DNA from: a virus | Lineage: Duplodnaviria > Caudoviricetes | DNA: 49,877 nucleotides | Reading direction: 5' to 3' (one strand) | IMG/VR virus record: IMGVR_UViG_3300025320_000144 | Span: 1-49,877 of that record | In this document: positions 9,079 through 18,004 of the stretch, one piece after another | How positions within the stretch are numbered: the stretch's first letter is position 1 | How the letters are laid out: each line of letters begins with the position of its first letter | Made by a program: the position numbers and the translations under genes | The notes under the pieces: generated by a model | Databases searched by the model: none | Told to the model about the DNA's origin: nothing | Seen by the model: only the letters and a program-made list of their open reading frames with translations

Positions 9079-9557
9079 CCCCCCTCGAAACCGCCGACGT
9101 GCTCACCGCCATCGCGTCCTACGACCTACGCACCATCGGCGAGGCCGACGTGATCGCCTGGCATGCCGCAATCGGCGAGCTGAGCAAGCCGCTCGCCCTC
9201 GAAGCGGTCGTCATCCACCACAAGACCTCAACCGACCGGATCAAACCCGCAAACATCCTCGGAGTCGCCCGCACCATCCTGCGCGACCGCGAAAGCCGCG
9301 CGAACACCGCAGGCATCCACGGCGAGGCGTCCACGCACGCGCTCGGCCCCGCCTATGCAGGGCTCCCTATCGACGTCGAGGGCGCCCCAGTCTGGGTCGC
9401 CTACGACGTGAAAGACGCCATCACCCGCCAATGCCCACGCTGCCACGCCGCCCCGAACGACGCCTGCGTCACCGCCCGCGGCACCGCACAACGAATCCCG
9501 TGCCTGCCGAGAATGACCGGCCGCACAACCATCGAGAAAGCGAACCGGAATGTTTGA
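9075..9557 (+). CDS. Putative helicase loader-like protein with C-terminal zinc finger
   Basis: Position after the initiator; YDLRTIGEADVIAW; CPRC...C. Confidence 0.55.
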   Translation: MTPLETADVLTAIASYDLRTIGEADVIAWHAAIGELSKPLALEAVVIHHKTSTDRIKPANILGVARTILRDRESRANTAGIHGEASTHALGPAYAGLPIDVEGAPVWVAYDVKDAITRQCPRCHAAPNDACVTARGTAQRIPCLPRMTGRTTIEKANRNV

Positions 9558-9658
9558 CCTCACAACACTTTTCGCCCTGCTCTGCGGGCCCGCTGTCCTG
9601 CATCATCCCGTGCTGGTGATGCCGCGCTACGCCGCGCCCCTGCTCGTTCTGCACTGGG

Positions 9659-9865
9659 GTGCGTGAATCCGTGTCCCACAAGACATCCCAATGGTGGCGC
9701 GTCGAAGCCGACCCGAACGGCGACGGATGGGTCGTCACCGACGGCCACAAACGCCACCACTACGCCCCCAGCAACGACCTCGAAGCACGCGCGCACGCCG
9801 ACCGGCTGAACATGCACGACGTCTCCCTCGAAGCGCCCGCGCTCGCACCCCGGGAAGGTGCCTGA
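9659..9865 (+). CDS. Hypothetical protein
   Basis: ORF track; start uncertain (9659 or 9671). Confidence 0.5.
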   Translation: MRESVSHKTSQWWRVEADPNGDGWVVTDGHKRHHYAPSNDLEARAHADRLNMHDVSLEAPALAPREGA

Positions 9866-9867
9866 CC

Positions 9868-10095
9868 ATGCCTCGACAGCTGACCAGCGCAGAGTTTCTC
9901 GATGTCGTGTTCCGGAAGTTCCCGACCGAGCGCGAGGAGTACGCCCGCGTCTGGAACGCCGCCGTCGGCGCGCTGAACGACTACTGCGCCGAGCAGGGCC
10001 TGCCACGCTCGCGTTTCAGCGTGCGGAACCGCTTCGCCAACCGCATATGGCGCGAACTCAACCCGACCAGCGAACTGGGGCGTGACGATGCCTGA
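9868..10095 (+). CDS. Hypothetical protein
   Basis: MPRQLTSAEF start; stop lies in an ATGCCTGA overlap. Confidence 0.6.
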   Translation: MPRQLTSAEFLDVVFRKFPTEREEYARVWNAAVGALNDYCAEQGLPRSRFSVRNRFANRIWRELNPTSELGRDDA

Positions 10096-10696
10096 AACCA
10101 TCGAACGCACCCCGCTCGAGACAATCCTCGCCCAGGCATGCCAGTTCGCCATCGCGCATGGTGTCGAGGGCCCAATCAGCCCGGACGACTTCGGAATTCA
10201 ACGCAGCAGCAAGGGATACCAGCACGCCACCTACGTCGATGCCAGCCACGTCGTCAGCCTCACCATCGACCCTCACGGCGAGGCCATCCTGCGCGTCGCC
10301 GAACTCGACTGGATCCACGACCAAGGCGACGACGGCCGCGACCCGTGCAGACACTGCGAATGCCTCGACTGCGGGGCACCTATCAGCGACTGCGAATGCC
10401 CACCCCTGGCGCTCAATGTCCCGCTCCCCGGCGACGGCACACCCCCGCCCACACCCGAAATACCGCCCTACGCGGTCCGGGACGAACACGGCGCCATCCG
10501 CCGCGCCCGCGACGGGCTCTACATCATCGCCGGACACCACGCCACCGCCGCGGGCATCCAGGCACACCTGGAGGCCTACGACGGCAACGACAGCGCTTAC
10601 GCCCACTCCATGCGCCGCCTGTACACCGGCGCGCTCGAGCTGATCACCGCCGAGGCCGCCGGTGCACCCGCCGAGGCGGTGAGCGTCGATGCCTGA
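10088..10696 (+). CDS. Hypothetical protein with a Cys cluster
   Basis: CRHCECLDC...CEC; ATGCCTGA overlaps at both ends. Confidence 0.65.
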   Translation: MPETIERTPLETILAQACQFAIAHGVEGPISPDDFGIQRSSKGYQHATYVDASHVVSLTIDPHGEAILRVAELDWIHDQGDDGRDPCRHCECLDCGAPISDCECPPLALNVPLPGDGTPPPTPEIPPYAVRDEHGAIRRARDGLYIIAGHHATAAGIQAHLEAYDGNDSAYAHSMRRLYTGALELITAEAAGAPAEAVSVDA

Positions 10697-10973
10697 AATC
10701 GCGCGGCCGGGCCTGCTGTTCCTCACGCAGGCCGACGACAGCCTCGTCGCAGTCGACCCGAAAATGATCTACCTCATGCGGCCCGCGCCCAGCGACCCCC
10801 GCGACCCGACCTTCGGGTCACTCACACGCATCTTCCTGAGCATCGGCCCAGGCCAGACCCTGACAGTCGACGTGCGCGAAACCGTCCAACAGATCGGCGA
10901 CACCCTTCACGCCGCGGCCGAAGGCGCGACCCTCTCACTCGCCCCCACCGAGGCGGTGAGCGTGGATGGGTGA
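10689..10973 (+). CDS. Hypothetical protein
   Basis: 8-bp overlaps. Confidence 0.65.
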   Translation: MPEIARPGLLFLTQADDSLVAVDPKMIYLMRPAPSDPRDPTFGSLTRIFLSIGPGQTLTVDVRETVQQIGDTLHAAAEGATLSLAPTEAVSVDG

Positions 10974-11172
10974 CGCGCTCATGACGATGTTCTGGGCTGG
11001 CCTCGCCGCCGGATGCGCGATCGGCATGGGTCTGTTCGGGCTGATCGCCGCCGTCTGGTGGTTCTGGCCGCAGCATGACGAGATCGACATCGGGCCTGAT
11101 GACGAATTCCGGGTCGTCGCAGACTATCCCGACCATGTGCCGGTCGAATGGGAGCACCGATGGCCGAAGTGA
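10966..11172 (+). CDS. Small membrane protein
   Basis: Hydrophobic N-terminal segment. Confidence 0.6.
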   Translation: MGDALMTMFWAGLAAGCAIGMGLFGLIAAVWWFWPQHDEIDIGPDDEFRVVADYPDHVPVEWEHRWPK

Positions 11173-11378
11173 ACCCCACGTCGTACGGTGCCGTCGGCAT
11201 CGCACTAGAGGGTATGTGCGCGCTGTTCGCCGCCCTGCGGCTGACGCACGTCATCAGCTGGTCCTCCTGGTGGGTCCTCGCGCCCGTCTGGATCCCGGCA
11301 GCCCTGGTCGTCCTCGTCCTGGCCGGCGGCTTCGCCGTCGCCATCTACCGCGCAGCCCGGGAGGGCGCCGATGCCTGA
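11160..11378 (+). CDS. Small membrane protein (WSSWWVLAPVWIP motif)
   Basis: Hydrophobic; motif common in phage membrane proteins. Confidence 0.7.
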   Translation: MAEVNPTSYGAVGIALEGMCALFAALRLTHVISWSSWWVLAPVWIPAALVVLVLAGGFAVAIYRAAREGADA

Positions 11379-11580
11379 ACCGCGCTGCGAACTGACCGAG
11401 CTGCCGATCAGCATGTGCGCACACTGCCGCAAGCACGAGCTACCCGAACCCGAACCGCTGCACTGGTTCCCGGCGCGCTACCACGGCCGCTGCGCCGAAT
11501 GCAATCGGCCGATCGAACCCGGCGACGACATCGCCACCACCGACGACGGACACATATGCAGGAGACGCCACGATGCCTGA
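11371..11580 (+). CDS. Small zinc-binding protein
   Basis: C...CAHC; ARYHGRCAEC...I.PGD. Confidence 0.7.
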   Translation: MPEPRCELTELPISMCAHCRKHELPEPEPLHWFPARYHGRCAECNRPIEPGDDIATTDDGHICRRRHDA

Positions 11581-12160
11581 AATCACCCACTACGCCTACG
11601 ATCTCGAATTCCTCGAGGACGGCCGGACGATCGAGCTGATCTCCATCGGCATCGTGTCCGAGACCGGCCGCGGATACTACGCCGTGAACTCCGACATGCC
11701 ATGGGATCGGATCATCGCGCACGACTGGCTCGTCCGGAATGTGCTGCCGAGCCTGCCGCTGATCAATCAAGGCTCGCTGGATCAATACCTGGCTCAGTCG
11801 CCCAACATGCATCCCCGGCCGAGTTTGGCCGCCCTGGACCTGGATCGACATGACACGCCGGTCAAGCCTCGGTGGGTCATCGCGAACGAAGTCCGAGATT
11901 TCCTGCTCGCCGAGGGAGAGCCGGAACTGTGGGCCGACTGGGGCGCATACGACCATGTGGCGCTGTGCCAGCTCTGGGGCCCGATGATCGCGCTGCCGCA
12001 AGGCATCCCGATGTTCACCCACGACATCGAGCAGGAGCTCGAGCACGCGCCGGGTTTGGAGAAGCCGAAGCAGGGCGACGGGATGCACAACGCCCTGGAG
12101 GATGCGCGGCACAACATGCGCGTGTTGAAGGCGCTGGGGGTGGTGGTTGCCGATGCCTGA
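11573..12160 (+). CDS. DEDDh 3'-5' exoribonuclease, RNase AS/Rv2179c-like
   Basis: YDLEFLEDG.TIELISIG, LWADWGAYDHV.LCQLWG, HNALEDA. Confidence 0.9.
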   Translation: MPEITHYAYDLEFLEDGRTIELISIGIVSETGRGYYAVNSDMPWDRIIAHDWLVRNVLPSLPLINQGSLDQYLAQSPNMHPRPSLAALDLDRHDTPVKPRWVIANEVRDFLLAEGEPELWADWGAYDHVALCQLWGPMIALPQGIPMFTHDIEQELEHAPGLEKPKQGDGMHNALEDARHNMRVLKALGVVVADA

Positions 12161-12323
12161 ACCGATCACGCTGCCCGACGGCCTCGTCCGCGCCATGGAC
12201 GACGCCGGACTCACCGGCGAAGACCGACGTTGCGCCGAGGCGTACGCCCAATTCCTCGCGCTCGCACCAGAAATCGGCGACGAGATGGCCTACCGCCGCG
12301 CCTACGGACTGGGGCTGTGGTGA
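12153..12323 (+). CDS. Hypothetical protein (56 aa, MPEPITLPDG...)
   Basis: Read by hand; overlaps at both ends. Confidence 0.6.
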   Translation: MPEPITLPDGLVRAMDDAGLTGEDRRCAEAYAQFLALAPEIGDEMAYRRAYGLGLW

Positions 12324-12589
12324 TGAGCAACGCCGACTACGACAAACAGATCACCATCCTCGACGACGGGGTGTACGTCGGCGGAGTGAAGATCCCCGGC
12401 TGCGTCGACGGCGAGTTCGCGGTTGGCCGCTCCACCGAGGTCCCCGACCACTGGGCCGTTCACCTCACCCTCATCACCGGCACCGAACCGAAATTCGAGC
12501 TCAAGGAATGCGAGGCCGAAAGCGTCGGCATGGAGACCACCACCTATCGGCATCGTCCCGCACGCCGCCCCCGCGAGGTGACCGAATGA
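12323..12589 (+). CDS. Hypothetical protein
   Basis: TGATG and ATGA overlaps. Confidence 0.6.
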   Translation: MSNADYDKQITILDDGVYVGGVKIPGCVDGEFAVGRSTEVPDHWAVHLTLITGTEPKFELKECEAESVGMETTTYRHRPARRPREVTE

Positions 12590-12753
12590 GCCAGAAACCA
12601 CGCACGCCCGAGCACTTCCCGCGCATGCGGTACCGGGCCCGCAAGCGACACCTCTGGACGATCGTCGACCTTGCCCACGAGCCGCCCTACATCTGCGTCG
12701 GACCGATACGCGACGTGCAGCGGATGCTCAAGAAGCTGTGGGAGTCCCGATGA
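12586..12753 (+). CDS. Small basic hypothetical protein
   Basis: ATGA overlaps. Confidence 0.55.
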   Translation: MSQKPRTPEHFPRMRYRARKRHLWTIVDLAHEPPYICVGPIRDVQRMLKKLWESR

Positions 12754-13211
12754 CCCACGCCATCATCGAACTGCCCTGGACCGCACCGCCGCTCAGCCTC
12801 AACGACCGCGGCGCATGGGCCCCCAGGGCACGCAAAATCGCCGACGTGCGCGCCACCGCGCTCACACTCGCGCGCGCGGCGCGGCTGCCGCACCTCGTCG
12901 ATCACGCCACCGTCCAGCTCCACTACCGGCCGCGCGACAACCGCCGGCGCGACACCGACAACTTGGTCGCCACGCTCAAGCCGATCTGCGACGCGCTCAC
13001 CATGGGCCGCGCAGCCGGACACACACGCACCGGCAAACCGATTCCAGCGCAGTACGGCTACGGGCTCGTGCTCGACGACACCCCGGGATATATGAAAAAG
13101 CCAGAGCCGATCATCCACCGCGCCGAGAAGGGGCAGCCCGGCGCGATGTGGCTCGAAATCACCTGGATCAATCCAGTCATCGACACGGCCCGCCCAGCAC
13201 AGGAGCAGTGA
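12750..13211 (+). CDS. rusA: RusA-like Holliday junction resolvase
   Basis: PPLSLN, RRRDTDNL..TLKPICDAL, DD motifs. Confidence 0.85.
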   Translation: MTHAIIELPWTAPPLSLNDRGAWAPRARKIADVRATALTLARAARLPHLVDHATVQLHYRPRDNRRRDTDNLVATLKPICDALTMGRAAGHTRTGKPIPAQYGYGLVLDDTPGYMKKPEPIIHRAEKGQPGAMWLEITWINPVIDTARPAQEQ

Positions 13212-13212
13212 C

Positions 13213-13578
13213 ATGGACGAAACCGAAAGTGGCTGGCCCGAAGTAGTCAACTGGCGCGAGGTGTTCTACCGGACGCTGCTCGCTCGCAGTGCCGCGTTCT
13301 GGCACGTGCCCGACGAGCCGCTCGACGCGAGCAGCTGGCAGGACGATGCCTTCGACCAGCTGCGCGCGATCCTGAACCCGAGCAATCCATACCTGCCGCC
13401 GATCGAGGCGCCATCGGGCTACACGCTGAGCAGCATCACCACTGCACTGCGCCTGCCTGCCCTCGACTGCACACACGCGCCGCCGACCGTCTGGCAGTAC
13501 GAGCCTGAGGCGCAACGCCTCCGAGACCTCCTCGACGATCCGGCCCTGCAAGCCCTGATCAGGGACTCGGTGATGTGA
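13213..13578 (+). CDS. Hypothetical protein
   Basis: AGGAG RBS; ORF. Confidence 0.6.
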   Translation: MDETESGWPEVVNWREVFYRTLLARSAAFWHVPDEPLDASSWQDDAFDQLRAILNPSNPYLPPIEAPSGYTLSSITTALRLPALDCTHAPPTVWQYEPEAQRLRDLLDDPALQALIRDSVM

Positions 13579-13693
13579 CCATGCGCGACCCGATACAGAT
13601 CCTGACCGGCTGGGAACGCACCTACCGCGCCGACACCTACCGCCGCGCCGCCGAACTCGGCTCCCCGCACGATGCCGACGCATGGGGGTGGAT

Positions 13694-14179
13694 GTGAGCT
13701 TCCCAGACACACACGTCGGCGACCTCTCAAACCCCTACGCGGAGATCACTCAGCACATCATGGGCACGCGCCGCTACTGGGCCGGAGTGGTCTACGCGTA
13801 CTGCGAACCCATCGAGATCTTCGACGCGCTCATGCACGGAACCGCCTGGGTGACATGGGAAGGCGAGTACATGCGCGTCAACACCGTCCACTACGACCCT
13901 TACCAGAACATCCACGGAAACCCAGGCCGACGACCGGCACGCATCGAATGCAGCCAGCGGCAGCGCGCTGGATACGCCAAGATCGACGGCAGCCCGGCCT
14001 ACCTCGACCTGATCGAACCGTCTCCGCCAGCGCCTGACGACGAATGGCTTCCCGCCGAACGCGCCCGCGCGATCCGCGAACTCATCGGCGACCGACCGCG
14101 CCCGAAAAGCGTGTGGGTGCCAGACGGACACGGGGACATCATGCTGATCGACCCGTGGGCAACGGACCGTGAGCCGTGA
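13694..14179 (+). CDS. Hypothetical protein
   Basis: ORF; GTGA overlaps. Confidence 0.6.
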   Translation: MSFPDTHVGDLSNPYAEITQHIMGTRRYWAGVVYAYCEPIEIFDALMHGTAWVTWEGEYMRVNTVHYDPYQNIHGNPGRRPARIECSQRQRAGYAKIDGSPAYLDLIEPSPPAPDDEWLPAERARAIRELIGDRPRPKSVWVPDGHGDIMLIDPWATDREP

Positions 14180-15135
14180 CCGCCGTCCAATGCACCGAAT
14201 GCGGGCGCATGCTCGGCTACAACGCGGCCCTGTGCCGGGCGTGCATCGACGAGCTCGTCGAGCAGCTGCTCCGCGTGCCCGCGCTGATGGCCGAGCTCAC
14301 GACCACCCGGGCGGGCCTCGGCCGCAGCGGACCGGCCAGCGGCGGCCGGCCATCCGAACCGCCGCTGCCCATCCGCGTCGCCGGGCGCGACCGGCTGCTC
14401 GGCGCGAGCGCGGTGCAGCGACTCGAGACCACGGTGATCGGATGGGCGCGCGTGCTGGCCGAAGAGCTCGGCGTCACGCCCGCCGTCGGTATTGCCTACC
14501 TCGTCCAGCTCACCCAGGATCGGCGACGACTGCCCGGCAGCACCGTGCGGCCGGACGCCGCGGCGCTCGCCACGCCCGTCACCGCGGTGGAGCAAGCCGC
14601 CGTGTGGCTGGCGCACCACCGGCGCGAACTCGCCCAGCACGAGGCCGTGCGGGAGTTGGCCCGGGACATTCGCGACGTCGTCGCCGAGCTCGGCCGGGCG
14701 ATATGGCCCGCCGAACGGCAGTACCTCGGCCTGTGCGCCACGCTGTACGACACTGGTGCTGAGGAGGTGGCGTGCGGGCAGGAATTGCGTGCCGCCGCCG
14801 GCGAGGCATACACCTATTGCCGCCGCTGCCGCGCACGCTATGACGTCGCAGCCCTCAAGGCCGAAGTGGTACGCGGAGTCGACGACCGGCTGTACAAAAT
14901 CGATGATCTGCTGCGCATTCTCACGGTGCTCGGTCCTCCGGTGTCCCGCACCACGCTGTACCGGTGGGCACGCGACCGGAGACTCGAGCCGCGAGGATGG
15001 CAGCACACCGACGAATACGGCACGCGCATCACCGACCACCGGATCGGCGCGGGCGACGCGCAGGTGTACCGCCTCGGCGACGCACGGAAACTCGCCGCGA
15101 AAGACGACGAGCATGAGGGAGGATCGGCAGCATGA
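14176..15135 (+). CDS. Zinc-binding/HTH protein, possible late-transcription regulator
   Basis: CxxC pairs, C-terminal TTLYRWAR..RL...YRLGD; position near the end of the early region. Confidence 0.6.
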   Translation: MTAVQCTECGRMLGYNAALCRACIDELVEQLLRVPALMAELTTTRAGLGRSGPASGGRPSEPPLPIRVAGRDRLLGASAVQRLETTVIGWARVLAEELGVTPAVGIAYLVQLTQDRRRLPGSTVRPDAAALATPVTAVEQAAVWLAHHRRELAQHEAVRELARDIRDVVAELGRAIWPAERQYLGLCATLYDTGAEEVACGQELRAAAGEAYTYCRRCRARYDVAALKAEVVRGVDDRLYKIDDLLRILTVLGPPVSRTTLYRWARDRRLEPRGWQHTDEYGTRITDHRIGAGDAQVYRLGDARKLAAKDDEHEGGSAA

Positions 15136-15395
15136 GCGAGGACATCTGCATCGAGGACGAGAGACTGATCACCGGTGTTTCGCAAGCCGTCGCTGACGCT
15201 GGTGGCCTGAAGCATTCCCGGCGCTGCGAGACCGAAGGCTGCCGCTGGGCCGTCCATACCGGCAGCGAGGATGGCGCCCAAGTGGCATTCGACAAGCACC
15301 TGCGTACGGACCCGCGCCACACCGGCGGTGAATGGATTGACCGGGACGGGCGGCTGCGGCGCGGACTGGAATACCTCAACGGATCGACAGCATGA
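15132..15395 (+). CDS. Hypothetical protein
   Basis: ATGA overlaps. Confidence 0.55.
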   Translation: MSEDICIEDERLITGVSQAVADAGGLKHSRRCETEGCRWAVHTGSEDGAQVAFDKHLRTDPRHTGGEWIDRDGRLRRGLEYLNGSTA

Positions 15396-15661
15396 TCACG
15401 AACGATGGACAGGCGATGTTCGACGCCGAGATGGCCAAGATGCGGCGCGAGAGCGTCGACGCCGTCCTGATCGGCTACGACGGCAACCGGACGCCCGGCA
15501 TCGTCGACGTCGCGGTCATCCCGGGCGGCGAGCACGAAGGCGAGCCCGTGACCATCGAGCCGCGCATGAAAAAACGTGTCGCGGCCGTCGAATTCAGAGG
15601 TCGACGGTTCGAATGGTGCGGAGCGGGAGCGACAGCGTGCTGGGCCGAGGGATCCGCGTGA
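15392..15661 (+). CDS. Hypothetical protein
   Basis: ATGA and GTGA overlaps. Confidence 0.6.
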   Translation: MITNDGQAMFDAEMAKMRRESVDAVLIGYDGNRTPGIVDVAVIPGGEHEGEPVTIEPRMKKRVAAVEFRGRRFEWCGAGATACWAEGSA

Positions 15662-16101
15662 CCATCGAGGAGTTCATCGAGGCGCGGATCGCCGAGGACG
15701 AGCGGATCGCTCGCGCGGCAGCCGGCGCGGCCTGGGTGGCCGAGGCCGATATCCCGCGTTCTATCCTCGTCTCTTCCGTAGCCAAGGCGGAGAACAAGCA
15801 GATGTTCGGCCGCTTGGGGTATGTCGGCTCGGCAGAGCACGAGGAGTATCGGCAGCACATCGTTCGCCACGATCCGGCCCGCGTGCTGCGGCAGTGCGCG
15901 GCGCTGCGGCGCATCGTGGACGCCGAGGTCGAAAACCTGGCAGCCTTCGATGGCGAATTCGGCTGCGGCCACTCGGCAACGAACATCCGGATCGGTCGTT
16001 GCAGAGAGGGATCCGGCGTCCTTGAGGAGTCTGGCGTACTGCGCGCGTTGGCCGCGATCTGGTCCGATCACGTTGACTACCAACAGGATTGGGCGAAATG
16101 A
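15658..16101 (+). CDS. DUF6221-like protein
   Basis: FIEARIAEDE...HIVRHDPARVLRQC...LRALAAIWSDH.DYQQDW. Confidence 0.85.
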   Translation: MTIEEFIEARIAEDERIARAAAGAAWVAEADIPRSILVSSVAKAENKQMFGRLGYVGSAEHEEYRQHIVRHDPARVLRQCAALRRIVDAEVENLAAFDGEFGCGHSATNIRIGRCREGSGVLEESGVLRALAAIWSDHVDYQQDWAK

Positions 16102-16421
16102 TCGACGTACACCGGCTCGCACACGACTACTTCACCCGGATCGGCCTGAAACCGGCATCCCAACTCGACGCCACCTACCAATGGGAGCTGGCGCATGTCG
16201 CCGAGACGAGCACCCGCCTCGCCGCCATCCTGGACGACGAAGGAATTCCGGATGAGACCGCGACGCGAATCATCCGCAGCGTGATGTACGGCGCGCCATC
16301 GGTGGCCGAGGCCGAGCAGCGCATGAAGCACATGGACCTGCTGCGCAAGTTGTTCGAAACGCCACCCGAGTTCTCGACGGAGCGTCTGCGCTCGGATCTG
16401 GAAGCGCTCGAGGAATCCTGA
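16098..16421 (+). CDS. Hypothetical protein
   Basis: ATGA overlap. Confidence 0.65.
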   Translation: MIDVHRLAHDYFTRIGLKPASQLDATYQWELAHVAETSTRLAAILDDEGIPDETATRIIRSVMYGAPSVAEAEQRMKHMDLLRKLFETPPEFSTERLRSDLEALEES

Positions 16422-16452
16422 CCGCCGATAAGCGGGGGTAATCGGCGGTCAG
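16418..16452. terminator. Hairpin between convergent genes
   Basis: CTGACCGCCGAT-N11-ATCGGCGGTCAG. Confidence 0.65.
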
Positions 16453-16464
16453 CGCGGTCGGGCG

Positions 16465-16701
16465 TCAATAGCCGAGGGATCCCGACTCCACGTCCTTCAG
16501 TGCACCCGTCACCGCACCGCACGGCCACGGATCGCCGCACTTCGCGCAGGCCGTCCCGGCGCCCTTGTGATGCTTGCGCACCATCTCGTGCACCGCGTGC
16601 CACCATCCGGCTTTCTGGCCGCGGTTGTGAGGGTCCTCCGCCAGAGCCTTCGTCTCTTCGAGAGCCCGGCGGTACAGCGCCTCATCCGATTCGTTCGTCA
16701 T
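16465..16701 (-). CDS. Small zinc-binding protein (H..CAKC...WPC), probably leaderless
   Basis: Motif; TACCGT -10-like hexamer 8 nt upstream of the ATG. Confidence 0.65.
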   Translation of the reverse strand: MTNESDEALYRRALEETKALAEDPHNRGQKAGWWHAVHEMVRKHHKGAGTACAKCGDPWPCGAVTGALKDVESGSLGY

Positions 16702-16755
16702 GAGCGCGCACGGTACGGCAGTGCGGCCGACGGCCGCGCAAAATCGTCCAACAGG

Positions 16756-16980
16756 TCAGGCCCGGACCGGATGATGATCCGGGAGCACGGTCACCGCGTA
16801 CGCGCCGAGCTGTCCCATGCGCTCGGCGAAATACGCGGTGACCCGGCCGTCCGCACCGCGGTCCACCATGGTGACCGTGCCGTCCCGCCGCCGCGCGGCA
16901 GGATCATCCGGTGCCACACCGCGCCCGATGGCATCCGCGTACCAGGCGATGCGATCGCCGACACTGAATTCCTCGCACAT
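16756..16980 (-). CDS. Small beta-rich hypothetical protein, probably leaderless
   Basis: MCEEFSVGDRI start, CATGAT 7 nt upstream; start uncertain. Confidence 0.55.
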   Translation of the reverse strand: MCEEFSVGDRIAWYADAIGRGVAPDDPAARRRDGTVTMVDRGADGRVTAYFAERMGQLGAYAVTVLPDHHPVRA

Positions 16981-17067
16981 GCGTTCGATCATGGCATGCC
17001 GGGAAGTTGCGCGGGGAGCTGCATTGATCCCCGCGGCGCGCCGTTGCGCCTGCAACACCCCGCGGGA

Positions 17068-17685
17068 TCAGTAATCGAAGGGGTTGCGCACGCCGTCGCG
17101 GGTACGCACCGCATAGCTGATGTAGTGGAATTCGGCGTGGTCGTACGAGTCTTCGCGGGCAATCGTCGTCACCGGCCAGGTGTTCGCGCCGACCTCGGCG
17201 TCATCGAACGCGGCCAGAGGCGCGTACAGGCCCCAGCCGCCGAAATCTGTCTCGCCATACTTTCCGGCGTGCAGATCGGAGTAGATCTCGGAAACGTTCT
17301 TGGCGATGTCGAGCTCGCGCTCGGTTGCGGTGCGCATGGCGGTGATCCTCTCGATATTCCTGGTGGTCAACACCGCGTCCACAGCAGACGAAGTAGGCAA
17401 CCCGCTGGTCATGTAGTCCAACCGGTGATGGCCACGGATCAGTCGCTCGGCGGAGTCGCGGCAGTCGGGGTCGTCGTCCTCGATGCCTTCGGCCAAGAGC
17501 GTTCCATCGTCGCCCTTGGCGTCCGAACGGACGTGCCAACCCCACTCGTCTGTCGTTGTCTTGTAGTAGACCTCGGCGAAGTAACGGCCGATCGTCAATG
17601 TGAAGGTATGGGCGTCGACCTTCTGCCAGTCTGCGGTCGATGTGAGTTCCATGGCGGATTCTCCTGCGGTGATCGTGGTGGTCAT
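17068..17685 (-). CDS. Acidic hypothetical protein (205 aa)
   Basis: AAGGAG RBS before the ATG at 17685; alternative RBS/ATG at 17652. Confidence 0.7.
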   Translation of the reverse strand: MTTTITAGESAMELTSTADWQKVDAHTFTLTIGRYFAEVYYKTTTDEWGWHVRSDAKGDDGTLLAEGIEDDDPDCRDSAERLIRGHHRLDYMTSGLPTSSAVDAVLTTRNIERITAMRTATERELDIAKNVSEIYSDLHAGKYGETDFGGWGLYAPLAAFDDAEVGANTWPVTTIAREDSYDHAEFHYISYAVRTRDGVRNPFDY

Positions 17686-17718
17686 CTGAATCTCCTTGTC
17701 AGTCTTGTACGTTCGGAG

Positions 17719-17791
17719 GTCGTGCATATGCACGACTGTACGCCCCGTGCATATGCACGGCAAGCGGTTCGGTCGACTACGTGCATATGCA
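17719..17791. promoter_or_regulatory. Three palindromic operators with core CGTGCATATGCA(CG)
   Basis: GTCGTGCATATGCACGAC 17719-36, CCGTGCATATGCACGG 17745-60, CGTGCATATGCA 17780-91. Confidence 0.85.
17735..17763 (-). promoter_or_regulatory. Leftward sigma-A-type promoter TTGCCG-N17-TACAGT
   Basis: Consensus-like hexamers with 17-nt spacing upstream of the 17685 gene. Confidence 0.7.
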
Positions 17792-17802
17792 ACCCGTATG
17801 CT
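17773..17802 (+). promoter_or_regulatory. Rightward promoter TCGACT-N18-TATGCT, leaderless transcript
   Basis: -10 hexamer 6 nt before the ATG at 17809; no SD. Confidence 0.6.
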
Positions 17803-17808
17803 GTGGCC

Positions 17809-18000
17809 ATGGTCAGCCGCGCGAAGGACACTCACACCACGAACCGTGTCGTGCGCGTGGCCGATCTCGACTGGGAAGCCCTGAAGATCGCTGTCGGCGA
17901 GCGCCACCGCGCCCAGCTGATCCGCGACTTCATCGCCTGGTATCTGCGCCGCCCGGGCGCGAAGCTGCCGACGCGACCTCCGGCGACGGGCGACTCATGA
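17809..18000 (+). CDS. Ribbon-helix-helix-like small DNA-binding protein (63 aa)
   Basis: TNRVVRV strand, DLDWEALK helix, RAQLIRDFIAWY helix. Confidence 0.75.
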   Translation: MVSRAKDTHTTNRVVRVADLDWEALKIAVGERHRAQLIRDFIAWYLRRPGAKLPTRPPATGDS

Positions 18001-18004
18001 TCAC

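Noticed and set aside
16567-18000. 477-aa + strand ORF
   Set aside because: Mostly a shadow of minus-strand genes and runs through the operator region; only 17809-18000 is credible
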